Assembly (NCBI GenBank): GCA_963706955.1
Contig: CAVPOC010000003.1
Coordinates: forward strand, 448,001 to 512,000
Source of the DNA: an uncultured Verrucomicrobiae bacterium
GTDB lineage: Bacteria; Verrucomicrobiota; Verrucomicrobiia; Chthoniobacterales; Terrimicrobiaceae
Direction of reading: 5' to 3'
DNA: 64,000 nt
In this document: positions 52,421 through 62,702 of the stretch, in pieces
Layout: every line of letters begins with the position of its first letter
Position numbering within the stretch: position 1 is the first letter of the stretch
The notes under the pieces: generated by a model
Told to the model about the DNA's origin: nothing
Databases searched by the model: none
Seen by the model: the letters and a program-made list of their open reading frames with translations, nothing else
Program-made: the position numbers and the translations under genes

Positions 52421-53461
52421 CTATCCCTGGCGAGGGACGCCCTCGGACGAACCAAGCTGACGATCGAGCCAATCGCCAACCCGCTGAACTGCGTCGGCCC
52501 GGTTGCTGTCATGGATCAGATCGTGGTAGCCGTCAGCGAAACGCTGTCGCTCCTTCTCCGGGGCAGGAATGGAGCGCATAAAGCGAGCAAAGGCGCCCTG
52601 GCCAACACCGGCCGTGCCGATGGGATCTTTGTCGCCCGTCAACACGATCACTGGCACTTCCATCGAAGTCGCCGCGATGCGTGCCCGGGCCCCCAGCTTG
52701 AGAGTTTCATCGAAAAATGCCCACGAAAATCCGGGTCGAACTCGATCCCGCGAGAGCCCCCAATAGCGATCAAATTTTGGATCGTTGGTCAGGGCCGGCT
52801 TTTCTCCAGAAATCAAACCAACTCTGAAGAGCAGTCCTCGCGGCTTGAAACTGCGCAGTTGCCCGACGCCGAGGCGCACGATCGGCGAGGCATAAATCAT
52901 AGCCACAGCCGGAGAATGCAAGATGATCCCGGCAGGACGGATCTGGCCAGAGCGATTCGATTCTCGAAGCACGAGCATGGCAACGAGCGATCCCATGCTC
53001 TGACCGTAAAGAAACAGCGGGATCCCTGGATGACGCCGCTGGACCCATCGAACAAATTCGGAGAAGTCTCGTTCCCACAACCGGCCATCATCAATGTGTC
53101 CCTTCGTGCGTTGTCGCGCCGCGGACAAGTCACCGTGCTGTCCGCGGACACCGGTTGAATACGAAGAGATTCCGCGCGGTGCGAGATATCTTCCGAGAGG
53201 CTCCATGTCACCGGCGGTTCCATTCCAACCGGGAACTCCTACGATGATAGCCCGCGCTGATCCATCCGACGGTCCCCATGTGCGATACATCAACTGCCGG
53301 CCGTCCGACGTTCTCCAGCAGGGCGGGCCTTCCTTACAGAGCGCCGGACCCAACCGACGAACCACCGGCGCTTGCTGTGGCGCACAAGAGACCAAGCTGA
53401 AGGCTGCCAGCAGCGTTAACGCGTGAACCGCTCTGCACCCTCCCCGGCACCGAGGACGCAT
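52421..53461 (-). CDS. Lysophospholipase/monoacylglycerol lipase-like alpha/beta hydrolase, lipoprotein
   Basis: Lipobox LVSC; LFLYGQSMG, GDKD, YHDL triad motifs; start uncertain. Confidence 0.8.
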   Translation of the reverse strand: MRPRCRGGCRAVHALTLLAAFSLVSCAPQQAPVVRRLGPALCKEGPPCWRTSDGRQLMYRTWGPSDGSARAIIVGVPGWNGTAGDMEPLGRYLAPRGISSYSTGVRGQHGDLSAARQRTKGHIDDGRLWERDFSEFVRWVQRRHPGIPLFLYGQSMGSLVAMLVLRESNRSGQIRPAGIILHSPAVAMIYASPIVRLGVGQLRSFKPRGLLFRVGLISGEKPALTNDPKFDRYWGLSRDRVRPGFSWAFFDETLKLGARARIAATSMEVPVIVLTGDKDPIGTAGVGQGAFARFMRSIPAPEKERQRFADGYHDLIHDSNRADAVQRVGDWLDRQLGSSEGVPRQG

Positions 53462-53665
53462 CGGCGTGCGGCGGCGGACTTTTGGGTTCACGATGCTCAC
53501 ACCGCTGGGATACTTTCCCCTGAAAGGAGCGTTGTCAAACGACGCCGACCATCTCATGGGCTTGACGGGCCATCTGAAATCGTTCCCCCTTCCGAAAAGA
53601 ACCGGATCAGTGTCCTGGGAGCTTTCCCTCTTTCGTTGTAGGTTTAGATCCTCTCAGGAAATTTT

Positions 53666-54067
53666 ATGCCGACGCCATCCGAATACCTGTTGTTGTTTCG
53701 CGGAACCCAATGGCACAAGGGGCTTTCTCCGGCCGAGATTCAGAAAGTGATGTCTCGATGGAGAGCATGGTACAACGCGCTGCAAACTCAGGGCAAGATG
53801 AAGGGCGGGCTGCCGCTTATGAACGAAGGAAAGATCATCTCCGGTGCCGGCGGACGATTTGTGACCGACGGTCCATTCACCGAATCGAAGGAGGCGATCG
53901 GAGGATACTTCTTGATCTGTGTGGACAACCTTGCCGAGGCGATCGAGATTGCCAGGCAATGCCCAGGGCTCGAGCATGGCGCGGTCGTCGAGATCCGTCC
54001 GGTAGCCCAGGAGTGCGCCGCCTCTGAACTTGTGCGCCAAAACGAGGGAACGTATGCGAACGCCTGA
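53666..54067 (+). CDS. YciI/DGPF family protein
   Basis: VTDGPFTESKEAIGGY, EAIEIA..CP, VEIRP. Confidence 0.9.
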   Translation: MPTPSEYLLLFRGTQWHKGLSPAEIQKVMSRWRAWYNALQTQGKMKGGLPLMNEGKIISGAGGRFVTDGPFTESKEAIGGYFLICVDNLAEAIEIARQCPGLEHGAVVEIRPVAQECAASELVRQNEGTYANA

Positions 54068-55367
54068 TCCCAGCGAGACCCTTAACCCTCAAGCGTCCGA
54101 TATGCCCGAGGTCGTCGAAGATCTCTTCCGGCGGGAATGGGGTAAAATCGTCGCGACATTGACGAGGATCTTCGGCATTGAGCGACTTGCGCTCGCCGAA
54201 GATGTTGTCCAGGAGGCGCTGGCGAGAGCCCTGCAAACCTGGCCTTACTACGGCATTCCGGAAAATCCCTCCGCCTGGATCATGCGCGTCGCGCGAAACC
54301 TCGCCCTGGATCAAGCACGGCGAGAGGTCCGCTTCCGGAACAAACAAGAAGAGATCGCCGGATTCTTCGAGCGCTCCTTCGGCGACCCCCCGGTGGCGCA
54401 AGATGAGATCGAGGATGACCGATTGCGGATGATCTTCGTCTGTTGCCATCCTGAGATTCCACAGGAGGCTCAAGTGGCACTCGCATTGAGAACGCTCTGC
54501 GGATTCAACGTCGCCGAAATTGCCAACGCGTTCCTGACCAGCGAAGCGGCCATCGCCAAACGATTGACACGCGCAAAACAACGTATTCGTTCCGCGCGGA
54601 TCCCCTTCGAAATTCCTGCCGGACCAGAGCTAACCGCGCGCCTCAACGGAGTCCTCCAGACACTCTACTTGCTGTTTAATGAAGGCTACAAAGCTTCGGG
54701 CGGAGATCGATTGATCCGAGAAGAACTGTGTCACGAAGCGATCCGCCTAACCGACTTGGTCGCCAGGCATAGCGCCGGCAATCGACCACCAACGCACGCG
54801 CTGCTTGCTCTAATGTATCTTAATGCTGCGCGCCTGTCGGCACGCACCGATTCGGAGGGCCATATCCTTCGCCTCAAAGAACAGAATCGCTCACGATGGG
54901 ACAAGAGCATGATCGCCAAGGGGATGTTTCATCTTGCTCAGTCTGCAGCTGGCACCGAACTCAGCGTATATCATCTCCAGGCAGGCATTGCCGCGTGCCA
55001 CTGCGCCGCACCAGACGCCAAGTCGACGAACTGGCGCCAAATTCTCTCCCTCTACGATCGCCTTGTAGAGCTCGATGCCTCACCGATCGTCGCCCTGAAC
55101 CGGGCCGTCGCAGTAGCGCACGTCCACGGTCCAGCCGCGGGCATGTCGGCCATTAAATCCCTTCGCGATCGTAGAGAGCTTCAGTCCTACTATTTGCTTT
55201 ACGCTGTCCTTGGGGAATTCGAAGCGCAACTGCATCATCCTGAGGCTGCAGCGGCGTATTTCCGCAGGGCTCTCAAGCAAACCGGGATCGCGTCCGAACA
55301 GCAGTTGCTGCAAAAAAGACTCCGCGAATGCGAAAAGCAGATGGCCTCGGAAGTGACGGCGAGTTAA
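54054..55367 (+). CDS. ECF sigma factor with C-terminal TPR-like extension (ECF42-like)
   Basis: AEDVVQEA...W...G.P.NP.AW, LRMIFVCCHP, LYLLFNEGY, Y.LQA.IAA.H, LNRAVA; directly follows the DGPF gene. Confidence 0.88.
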   Translation: MRTPDPSETLNPQASDMPEVVEDLFRREWGKIVATLTRIFGIERLALAEDVVQEALARALQTWPYYGIPENPSAWIMRVARNLALDQARREVRFRNKQEEIAGFFERSFGDPPVAQDEIEDDRLRMIFVCCHPEIPQEAQVALALRTLCGFNVAEIANAFLTSEAAIAKRLTRAKQRIRSARIPFEIPAGPELTARLNGVLQTLYLLFNEGYKASGGDRLIREELCHEAIRLTDLVARHSAGNRPPTHALLALMYLNAARLSARTDSEGHILRLKEQNRSRWDKSMIAKGMFHLAQSAAGTELSVYHLQAGIAACHCAAPDAKSTNWRQILSLYDRLVELDASPIVALNRAVAVAHVHGPAAGMSAIKSLRDRRELQSYYLLYAVLGEFEAQLHHPEAAAAYFRRALKQTGIASEQQLLQKRLRECEKQMASEVTAS

Positions 55368-55497
55368 GCCAATCTCTCGACCCCTTCAGGCCAGTGCTTC
55401 CTTGTCTTTAGACGAGCCATTAGATAGCTTGGTCTGCGTGCCTTGAAATTGAGAGGCCAGCGTGCTTCCTGCGGCGCCTCGCTGAAGATCGGCTTGC

Positions 55498-56515
55498 ATG
55501 AACCTTCGTCCGCTGCGTGTTGTCCTCCTGGTAATTCCTCCGGTTCGCGAGCTCGACCTCGTCGGAATTGTCGATGTATTCGCGACGGCCAACACGTTTT
55601 TACCATCCGACCGCCACTATCATCTGGAACTGGTCACCTCCAGCACCCAGAAGACGATTCAAGGTATGTGCGGGCTGCAGTTTACCGGCGCACGTCATTA
55701 CTCCACGCTGGAGGGCGAAATCGACACCTTGCTAGTCCCCGGCGTGCAACCGGAGAAGGTCCAGCTTTCGCCGGCGGTCCTGCGGTGGTTTCGATCACGG
55801 GCTCGCAAATGCCGTCGGGTGGGATCGATCTGTACTGGCGCCTATATCTTGGCTCAAGCTGGTCTTCTTGATGGTAAACGAGCGGCGACTCACTGGGCGT
55901 TCGTTAACGAATTCTCCTCTCGCTTCCCAAATGTCTCGATCGACGGCGACCCGATCTGGATACGCGACGGCAACATCTACAGCTCGGCGGGGGTGACTTC
56001 GGGCATCGATCTTAGCCTCGCCCTGGTCGAGGAGGACCATGGACAAAAAGTCGCCCTTGAAGTTGCGCGCATGTTGGTGGTTTTTCTCTGCCGGCCCGGA
56101 AATCAAGCGCAATTTAGTGTGTCGCTTCGCGAACAACGCACCGACAACCGGCCTCTTCGTGACCTGCAGGTTTGGATCGTCGAAAACCTGCAGAGGGATC
56201 TTTCAACACCGGCCTTGGCTGCTCGGGTCGCCATGAGCGAGCGCAACTTCCAGCGGGTCTTTACCAGGGAAATCGGAAAACCGCCCGCCCTCTATGTCGA
56301 GGAGATCCGCCTGGAAGCCGTGCGGCGAAAGCTCGAAAGGTACTAACCGCGGATTAGAAGAAATCGCGTCTGTCTGTGGCTTCAACAGCGCGGATGTTAT
56401 GAGCCGGTCGTTTCAGCGCCATCTCCAAACGACCCCGGCAGAGTATCGTGCCCGCTTTCGCACCAGCGGCGCGCAGCCTCTTTCGAGGCAGAGAAAAGAG
56501 CCAAAAAATTCCTGA
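55498..56515 (+). CDS. GlxA-family (DJ-1/PfpI + AraC) regulator; 1-bp insertion near 56338 truncates the ORF at 56346
   Basis: SICTGA, AATHW, SSAGVTSGID; second HTH (LEEIA..CGF......R.F......TP..YR) continues in another frame to 56515. Confidence 0.85.
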
Positions 56516-56561
56516 GCAATTTTCGGGGAGTGGGAAACCGAATAGCGGGCGATGTATTTTC

Positions 56562-56621
56562 TGTAGCGGCGGCGTCCCCGCCGCCGGAAAGACCCTCGAC
56601 CGTGGGGACACGGTCGCTACA
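56562..56621. repeat. REP-like family A doublet (60 bp)
   Basis: TGTAGCGGCGGCGTCCCCGCCGCCG-GAAAGACCCT-CGACCGTGGGGACACGGTCGCTACA. Confidence 0.88.
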
Positions 56622-56752
56622 ACAGAAGCGTGGGACCGCAGGACGGCGTTGCTACCGCGGCTCGGAACACGCCTGACCCAAAGCAGGCTCATCCGGCTTG
56701 TGGGTTTCGCCCCAAAAGGTAGACTGGCCGGCGACGGCCCCCGAATCCAGCG

Positions 56753-58858
56753 ATGCAAACGCCTCCGTGCAAGACTACCCTCGGCGAGCCCTATCCGCTC
56801 GGCGCTATTCCCTCGAAGGGCGGTGTAAATTTTTCGCTGTTCGCGCAACATGCTACGTCGGTGCAGTTGCTCTTATTCGAGAGTTATTCTGATTCCGTCC
56901 CGCAGCAGGTGGTCAACTTGCATCCGGTTCTGAATAAAACGTTTCATTATTGGCATGTCTTTGTCGAGGGAGTCAGTCCAGGGCAGCTCTACGCGTATCG
57001 ACTGGGTGGACCTTACGATCTTAGCCAGGGCTTTCGTTACAACCAGAATAAGGTCTTGCTCGATCCCTATTCACGCGGCGTGGTCTATGGGCGGAACTGG
57101 CGCCGCGATCTCGCCTGCGATGGTTCAGACAATTGTCAGAGCGTCATGAAAAGCCTCGTGGTGGACGCAGACATTTACGACTGGGAGGGCGTGGAAGGAC
57201 CCGACCTTCACCTTTCCGATTGCGTGATTTATGAACTGCACGTCCGCGGCTTTACGCAACATCCTTCTTCCGGAGTCGCCCACCCCGGGACCTTCAGTGG
57301 TTTGATCGAGAAGATTCCCTACCTACAGGAGCTTGGGGTTAATTGCGTTGAACTCATGCCCGTTCACCAGTTTGACTCGACAGAAAGTGCCGCCACTCAC
57401 CCCGAAACGGGCGAACGGCTTACCAACTACTGGGGCTACAACTCGATCTGCTTTTTCGCTCCACATCGCGGCTATTACACGGCCGATTGGGAGAAGATGG
57501 AATACCTGACAGGTTTTCGGGACCTCGTGAAGGCGCTTCACAAGGCGAACATCGAGATCATTCTCGATGTGGTTTTCAACCATACCAGCGAAAGTGACGA
57601 AACCGGTCCGACCATTTGCATGAGGGGAATAGACAACTCGGTCTATTACATGCTCGATCCAGACGACCGCTCACGCTACCTAAACTACACGGGGACCGGC
57701 AACACGGTGAACTGCAATCATCCCGCGGTGCGCCGGATGATCCTCGAGTGCCTGCGCTACTGGGTCGGCGTGATGCACGTGGACGGTTTTCGTTTCGATC
57801 TTGCCTCCATTCTCTCCCGCGACGAACTAGGCCGCCCGATGCAAAATCCTCCGCTCCTTTGGGAAATCGAATCCGATCCCGTTCTTCACAACGCCAAAAT
57901 CTTTGCCGAAGCCTGGGACGCGGCCGGGCTGTATCAAGTCGGAGGCTTCCCGGGCGAACGATGGGCCGAATGGAACGGGCGCTATCGCGACGACGTCCGA
58001 AGATTCATCCGAGGCGACGAAGGACTCGCCGGGACAGTCGCCTCGCGAGTGGCCGGAAGTGCCGACCTCTACCAGCATCTCGCCCGTGCGCCTTATCAGA
58101 GCATCAACTTCGTGACCTGCCATGACGGCTTCACCCTCAACGACCTCGTTTCTTACAACCGGAAGCACAACCTTGCGAACGGCGAAGGTGACCGGGATGG
58201 ATCGAATGACAATCTTAGCTCAAACTATGGAGTAGAGGGTCCCACGCAGGACCAACAGATCGATTCCCTCAGGTTGCGTCAGATCAAGAATTTTGCTGCC
58301 ATCCTGCTGCTTTCGCAGGGAACACCGATGCTGCTGGCAGGCGATGAGTTTCGCCGCACGCAACGAGGAAACAACAACGCCTATTGCCAGGATAACGAGA
58401 CGAGTTGGCTAGATTGGACGCTACTGGAAAAGCACCGGGAGTTGTTTCGCTTTTTCAAGCTAATGATCAAGTTTCGCTTGAGGCATCCCGCTCTAAGACG
58501 AAGACAATACTACTGGGGGGAGAAAGATCGCCACGGCTGTCCCGAAATCGCCTGGCACGGCGTCCAACTCGAGAACCCCGACTGGGGCCATCAATCACAC
58601 TCTTTCGCGTTCACCTTGTCCGGCTTCGCAGTCGACGCGGACATCCACGTGATAATCAGCGCTTATACTGAAGCTCTCCGCTTCGAACTGCCACAGCCGC
58701 AACGCGGAGAGTGCTGGTTTCGCGCGATCGATACATCGTTGCCTTCTCCTGACGATGTTGCCGATGACGGAGAGGAAACCGCAATCCACGAAGCGACCTA
58801 TCAACTCGCGCCTCGATCTGTCGCCGTCCTGATTCAGCCGCCCTCTACCGCAGTATAA
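56753..58858 (+). CDS. glgX: Glycogen debranching enzyme (isoamylase)
   Basis: G.PYPLGA, IYELHVRGFT, NYWGY, DVVFNHT, DGFRFDLA, AEAWD, NFVTCHDGFTL, GNNNAYCQDN. Confidence 0.95.
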   Translation: MQTPPCKTTLGEPYPLGAIPSKGGVNFSLFAQHATSVQLLLFESYSDSVPQQVVNLHPVLNKTFHYWHVFVEGVSPGQLYAYRLGGPYDLSQGFRYNQNKVLLDPYSRGVVYGRNWRRDLACDGSDNCQSVMKSLVVDADIYDWEGVEGPDLHLSDCVIYELHVRGFTQHPSSGVAHPGTFSGLIEKIPYLQELGVNCVELMPVHQFDSTESAATHPETGERLTNYWGYNSICFFAPHRGYYTADWEKMEYLTGFRDLVKALHKANIEIILDVVFNHTSESDETGPTICMRGIDNSVYYMLDPDDRSRYLNYTGTGNTVNCNHPAVRRMILECLRYWVGVMHVDGFRFDLASILSRDELGRPMQNPPLLWEIESDPVLHNAKIFAEAWDAAGLYQVGGFPGERWAEWNGRYRDDVRRFIRGDEGLAGTVASRVAGSADLYQHLARAPYQSINFVTCHDGFTLNDLVSYNRKHNLANGEGDRDGSNDNLSSNYGVEGPTQDQQIDSLRLRQIKNFAAILLLSQGTPMLLAGDEFRRTQRGNNNAYCQDNETSWLDWTLLEKHRELFRFFKLMIKFRLRHPALRRRQYYWGEKDRHGCPEIAWHGVQLENPDWGHQSHSFAFTLSGFAVDADIHVIISAYTEALRFELPQPQRGECWFRAIDTSLPSPDDVADDGEETAIHEATYQLAPRSVAVLIQPPSTAV

Positions 58859-58924
58859 GAGATTCTTGGAGGCCGACTGGAGGGCACGTTGTTGCTGAGC
58901 ACACCTTAGGTCCCGATCGGTCTC

Positions 58925-59105
58925 GGGGAGCATACCCGTCCCGGGTGTACTTGTCCGGCTTCCACGCCGGACAAACCTCTAGAGATGGAAAGGTGATATC
59001 GCCGCTGTGTCCATGGGCATTAGAGCTTGCCTGCGTTCGCACTGATTGAACCTACGCTCGTGCCCGGCGAGACCCCGGGCGACACCCCCGGGACGGGTGT
59101 GCTCC
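58925..59105. repeat. REP-like family B element
   Basis: GGGGAGCATACCCGTCCCGGG ... CCCGGGACGGGTGTGCTCC between convergent genes. Confidence 0.75.
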
Positions 59106-59141
59106 GACCAGGTAGATCGGAGCCTTCAATCGATCGTTCCC

Positions 59142-59993
59142 TCAGAAGAAGGCGGGTGGGCGCGAGCCAGGGCCGCTGGTCGGACGATATCCTCGAAAGC
59201 TTTCAACAACAAAGGTCTTGGGATATTTCTCCAGAGGCGAGGGCAAGTCTGGACCATCGGCAAACTCGAAGATGTCCAACATGAACTGCATTGGATAGGA
59301 AGGAGATTGGCGGACGACCTTAATCAGCTGATCGTCAACATAGAAAGCAACAAGCTCCGGCCTCCATTCGGCCGCGTAGGTGTGCGATTGCCGGGCGTCG
59401 ATCTCGACCACCTCCGCTGAGAACTCGTCTCGGATCTTCGGATCCCCGAAAGGATGAAGACCCATTCCGACACGGCACTGACGCGGGCCGACGTCGCGTC
59501 CGAATATCTCGCAGATACAAATTTCCGCCGAGTGGGTCGGCTCATCCTCGTAGCCGATCATCCAAAGAGCTACCATGTTCGCAGGATCATCAAGGGCGCG
59601 GGCCTGCAGTTCAAAAAGGCCATACCTGGGAGTATAGAGAGCGCGATTCTCTTGGGCTTCGCGGACAACAAGCCCTTTGCGAAAATGATGTTGTCCCGTT
59701 GTGCTACCAACCGGTCCCGCGAATAGTCCGGTCTGCAGCGACGAGACGCGCAGATAACCGGTGTCCTCCACAGGCCACGGCTCCTGGTCAGCCTCGATGA
59801 ACAAGCGGAGCGTCCCCTCGCCAAGAGCATAGCGGGCGGCCGAAGCTGCACGAGAGCTCCACTGTGGCAGGTAGTATGGAATCCATAGCTGCTCGTTTAG
59901 CACCGATACATCGAAGCGGTCCTCCACCTCCAGCTCGTAGCCAGTTCGATCCAAAATCGACGCGGCTCGGCGCCGCTCCGGTTTATTGCTCAT
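59142..59993 (-). CDS. GH16-like beta-jelly-roll protein, no signal peptide
   Basis: ED.F, YG.FE..A, ALWM.G, EICICE at the catalytic motif position, HTYAAEW.P..V.FYVD. Confidence 0.78.
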   Translation of the reverse strand: MSNKPERRRAASILDRTGYELEVEDRFDVSVLNEQLWIPYYLPQWSSRAASAARYALGEGTLRLFIEADQEPWPVEDTGYLRVSSLQTGLFAGPVGSTTGQHHFRKGLVVREAQENRALYTPRYGLFELQARALDDPANMVALWMIGYEDEPTHSAEICICEIFGRDVGPRQCRVGMGLHPFGDPKIRDEFSAEVVEIDARQSHTYAAEWRPELVAFYVDDQLIKVVRQSPSYPMQFMLDIFEFADGPDLPSPLEKYPKTFVVESFRGYRPTSGPGSRPPAFF

Positions 59994-60098
59994 GCTTTCC
60001 TGCTTCCTCCAGCTGCTCTCCTGAGAATATCACCTCGTGCCAGCGTTTGCACGACCTCTCCGGTGCGGGATGGTGACTTCACCGTTAAGGGCCTTTCT

Positions 60099-60158
60099 TG
60101 TAGCGACCATGTCCCCACGGTCGAGGGCCTTTCCGGCGGTGGGGACACCGCCGCTACA
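60099..60158. repeat. REP-like family A doublet (60 bp), inverted near-copy of 56562-56621
   Basis: Reverse complement differs from 56562-56621 at 4 of 60 positions. Confidence 0.88.
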
Positions 60159-60504
60159 AAAAAGGGTCTTCAAATGGCAGTCCTATAAGTTTGAGGTGTA
60201 GGGGCGCTGCGACACCGAGCCACTTGTCACTGCATACTCCCACCTCGACTCTTCGTGAGTCTCAGTCGTCACTCTTTAGTCGTCTGGTGCGCGACTGCTT
60301 ATAAGTTACCGCAGATGATCGCATACGCAGCGTCTATGCTCTTGGACACTTACGAGCGCCCGCCATGCTTAGCGTGCGAATATTTCTTCATCGCGTCAGG
60401 GATTTAGCGCCGTTCGAAAAAGCTTGTATTAGCCTGAGCGGATTGCTAAACATAATCTCAAGTCGGGCCTACGTGTCGTGTGTCGTTCAACCAACCGACT
60501 GGAC

Positions 60505-62646
60505 ATGAAGCATTTTCGAGTTCTTCTCGCGCAATCGTGCGGACTGACGGCTGCCTTAGCTGTGGCGACGAGTTCCTGGAGCGCGCCGGTCGATGAAGCA
60601 AAGGCTGAGGGAAAGACGCCCGCCGACTTCCCAAAGATCACCGAGGACGTCTTTAAGCCAATGGATCAAGGGGCGATTATTGGGGAATTGACCGAAGAGG
60701 AAATTCGCGGGCGGAATACCTGGAACCTGTGGGCCGCGGGCAATCAGCATTTTTGGGACAGCGTAGCTCGTAATAGCTACGGACTTATGGATCTACTTAA
60801 GGCGCTCGACAATCGCAAGTATCCACGCGGAGAGCGTTTCAAGACGCTCGGGCTGGTCAATCAACCCGGCTTTCGGGCTGCGACGAAGCCTGACGAATAT
60901 GGCCTTTGGCTAGACGAACCGACCGAACCCGAACCAGCGGGCATCGACGAAAAAGTCTATGGAAAGCCGACCGGCGTTCTCGGTTTCAGGTTGTTCCCGA
61001 ATCCGGATTTCGACAGAGCCGCTCGCAAGAAATGGGATGGCGAGCGCTTTATGAACGACCCGAAGTACTATAACGATAACAAGCTCGTCCGACCGTATCG
61101 CGTCGGGGTGTCGTGCGGTTCGTGCCATATTGCCCCCAACCCGATCAATCCGCCGGAGGATCCCGAAAATCCGAAATGGGAGAACCTCGCCTCAGCCATT
61201 GGCAACCAGTACATAAGCGAAGGCCGAGTCTTCGCCTCCAACGTCGCCAAGGGGGGCCTCTTCTACGAAATGATTGAGGCGCAACCGCGCGGGACATCGG
61301 ATACCTCACGGATTGCCACCGATCACATCAACAATCCGAATACGATCAACGCCATCTTTCTCCTTGCTGAACGCGAAAGAATTGCTGTGAACGAGCAAAT
61401 GGCCGGAGGCACGCTCGCCTTACCGGGAGAGAAGGCCACCATGCCGGTTCCACACATCTTGAAGGACGGAGCGGATTCTGTCGGCGTGCCGGGTGCCACC
61501 ATCCGGGTATACATAAATATCGGGATGTTCTCCGAGTATTGGCTGACGCTTCACAATCGCCTGATCGGTCTCACGCCGCAGAGTCCGTTTGACGTCGCAA
61601 CCGCTCAGAAGAATTCTGTTTTCTGGCGCGCGACCGAGGAGCGCCTAGGCGATATCGCCGCCTTCTTTCGCAGGCTGCACCCGTTTCATCTCAAAGACGC
61701 GCCAGGCGGCAACGAGCTAATTGCAAGTGACGAAACGGCGATGACTCGCGGCAAGATCGTCTTTGCCGAAAACTGCGCTAGCTGCCATTCGAGCAAGCAA
61801 CCGCCGGCCAACGTTGATCCGCACTCAGGAGAAGGTAGGGCATGGTTCCGGGCCGAAGTCGTCAAACCCGATTTTCTCGAGGACAATTTCCTTTCCACAG
61901 ATCGCCGGTATCCGATTTCCAAAATCGAAACCAATTCGGCGCGCGCGTTTGGAACGAATGCCCAGGCCGGCCATGTTTGGGACAACTTCTCCTCGAAAAC
62001 CTACAAGGATCTCGCCAAAGTCGAGGAGCAGGAATGGTACAATCCTTTTGACGAGAACAACCGCATCAAATTCAAACCCAAGGGCGGTGGTCCCGGTTAC
62101 TATCGCGTGCCCTCGCTGGTCAGTATCTGGACTTCGGCGCCGTTCTTCAACAACAACGCTCTTGGAGAGTTCACCGGCGATCCCTCAGTCGCAGGGCGCA
62201 TAAAGGCATTCAACGATGCAGTCGAAAAGCTCCTTTGGCCCGAAAGGCGACTCGGCAAAGACTCGATCTGGCGCACGCAAAACGAGTGTGCGCTCAGCCT
62301 CCGCAAGGAATTTGTGCCACTGGCGCTCCGTCCCTTAGCGGACGCTGATGGGTGGATTCGCATTGGGCCAATTCCGAAAGGCACTCCCATCAATCTGCTG
62401 GCGAATCTTGAGCCGGACTTCAAGCAACTCGTTGTGCTCAAAATCAAGATCAGCAAGGCGTTGGCAAAAATCCATGCACTGAATCTCTCACCGGAAGCCT
62501 CAACCGCCGAGCTCGTGAAGCTTGTTCCCGAGCTTCTCGCCGCCAACAAATGCCCCGACTTTATCGAAGACAAGGGCCACTATTTTGGAGACACCCTGCC
62601 TGACGAGGACAAGCTCGCGCTGATCGAGTTTCTAAAAACCATGTAA
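60505..62646 (+). CDS. Secreted dihaem c-type cytochrome, RoxA/MauG-like fold
   Basis: Signal peptide; CGSCH (61114-61128) and CASCH (61774-61788); YRVPSL..IW..APF; C-terminal GH.FG..L.D.DK.ALIEFLKT. Confidence 0.8.
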   Translation: MKHFRVLLAQSCGLTAALAVATSSWSAPVDEAKAEGKTPADFPKITEDVFKPMDQGAIIGELTEEEIRGRNTWNLWAAGNQHFWDSVARNSYGLMDLLKALDNRKYPRGERFKTLGLVNQPGFRAATKPDEYGLWLDEPTEPEPAGIDEKVYGKPTGVLGFRLFPNPDFDRAARKKWDGERFMNDPKYYNDNKLVRPYRVGVSCGSCHIAPNPINPPEDPENPKWENLASAIGNQYISEGRVFASNVAKGGLFYEMIEAQPRGTSDTSRIATDHINNPNTINAIFLLAERERIAVNEQMAGGTLALPGEKATMPVPHILKDGADSVGVPGATIRVYINIGMFSEYWLTLHNRLIGLTPQSPFDVATAQKNSVFWRATEERLGDIAAFFRRLHPFHLKDAPGGNELIASDETAMTRGKIVFAENCASCHSSKQPPANVDPHSGEGRAWFRAEVVKPDFLEDNFLSTDRRYPISKIETNSARAFGTNAQAGHVWDNFSSKTYKDLAKVEEQEWYNPFDENNRIKFKPKGGGPGYYRVPSLVSIWTSAPFFNNNALGEFTGDPSVAGRIKAFNDAVEKLLWPERRLGKDSIWRTQNECALSLRKEFVPLALRPLADADGWIRIGPIPKGTPINLLANLEPDFKQLVVLKIKISKALAKIHALNLSPEASTAELVKLVPELLAANKCPDFIEDKGHYFGDTLPDEDKLALIEFLKTM

Positions 62647-62702
62647 AGCCGACCCGCAGGTATCGCAATCAATTTGGCAAATCTCCACACACAGGCACAG
62701 CA

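Noticed and set aside
56330..56346. Programmed ribosomal frameshift in the GlxA regulator (and in the LDT and GH13 genes)
   Set aside because: No slippery heptamer or stimulatory structure seen; the window has multiple homopolymer-type indels, so sequencing error is more parsimonious.
60159..60500. ncRNA in the ~340-bp leader of the dihaem operon
   Set aside because: Only weak short hairpins; nothing recognisable without an Rfam/covariance search.
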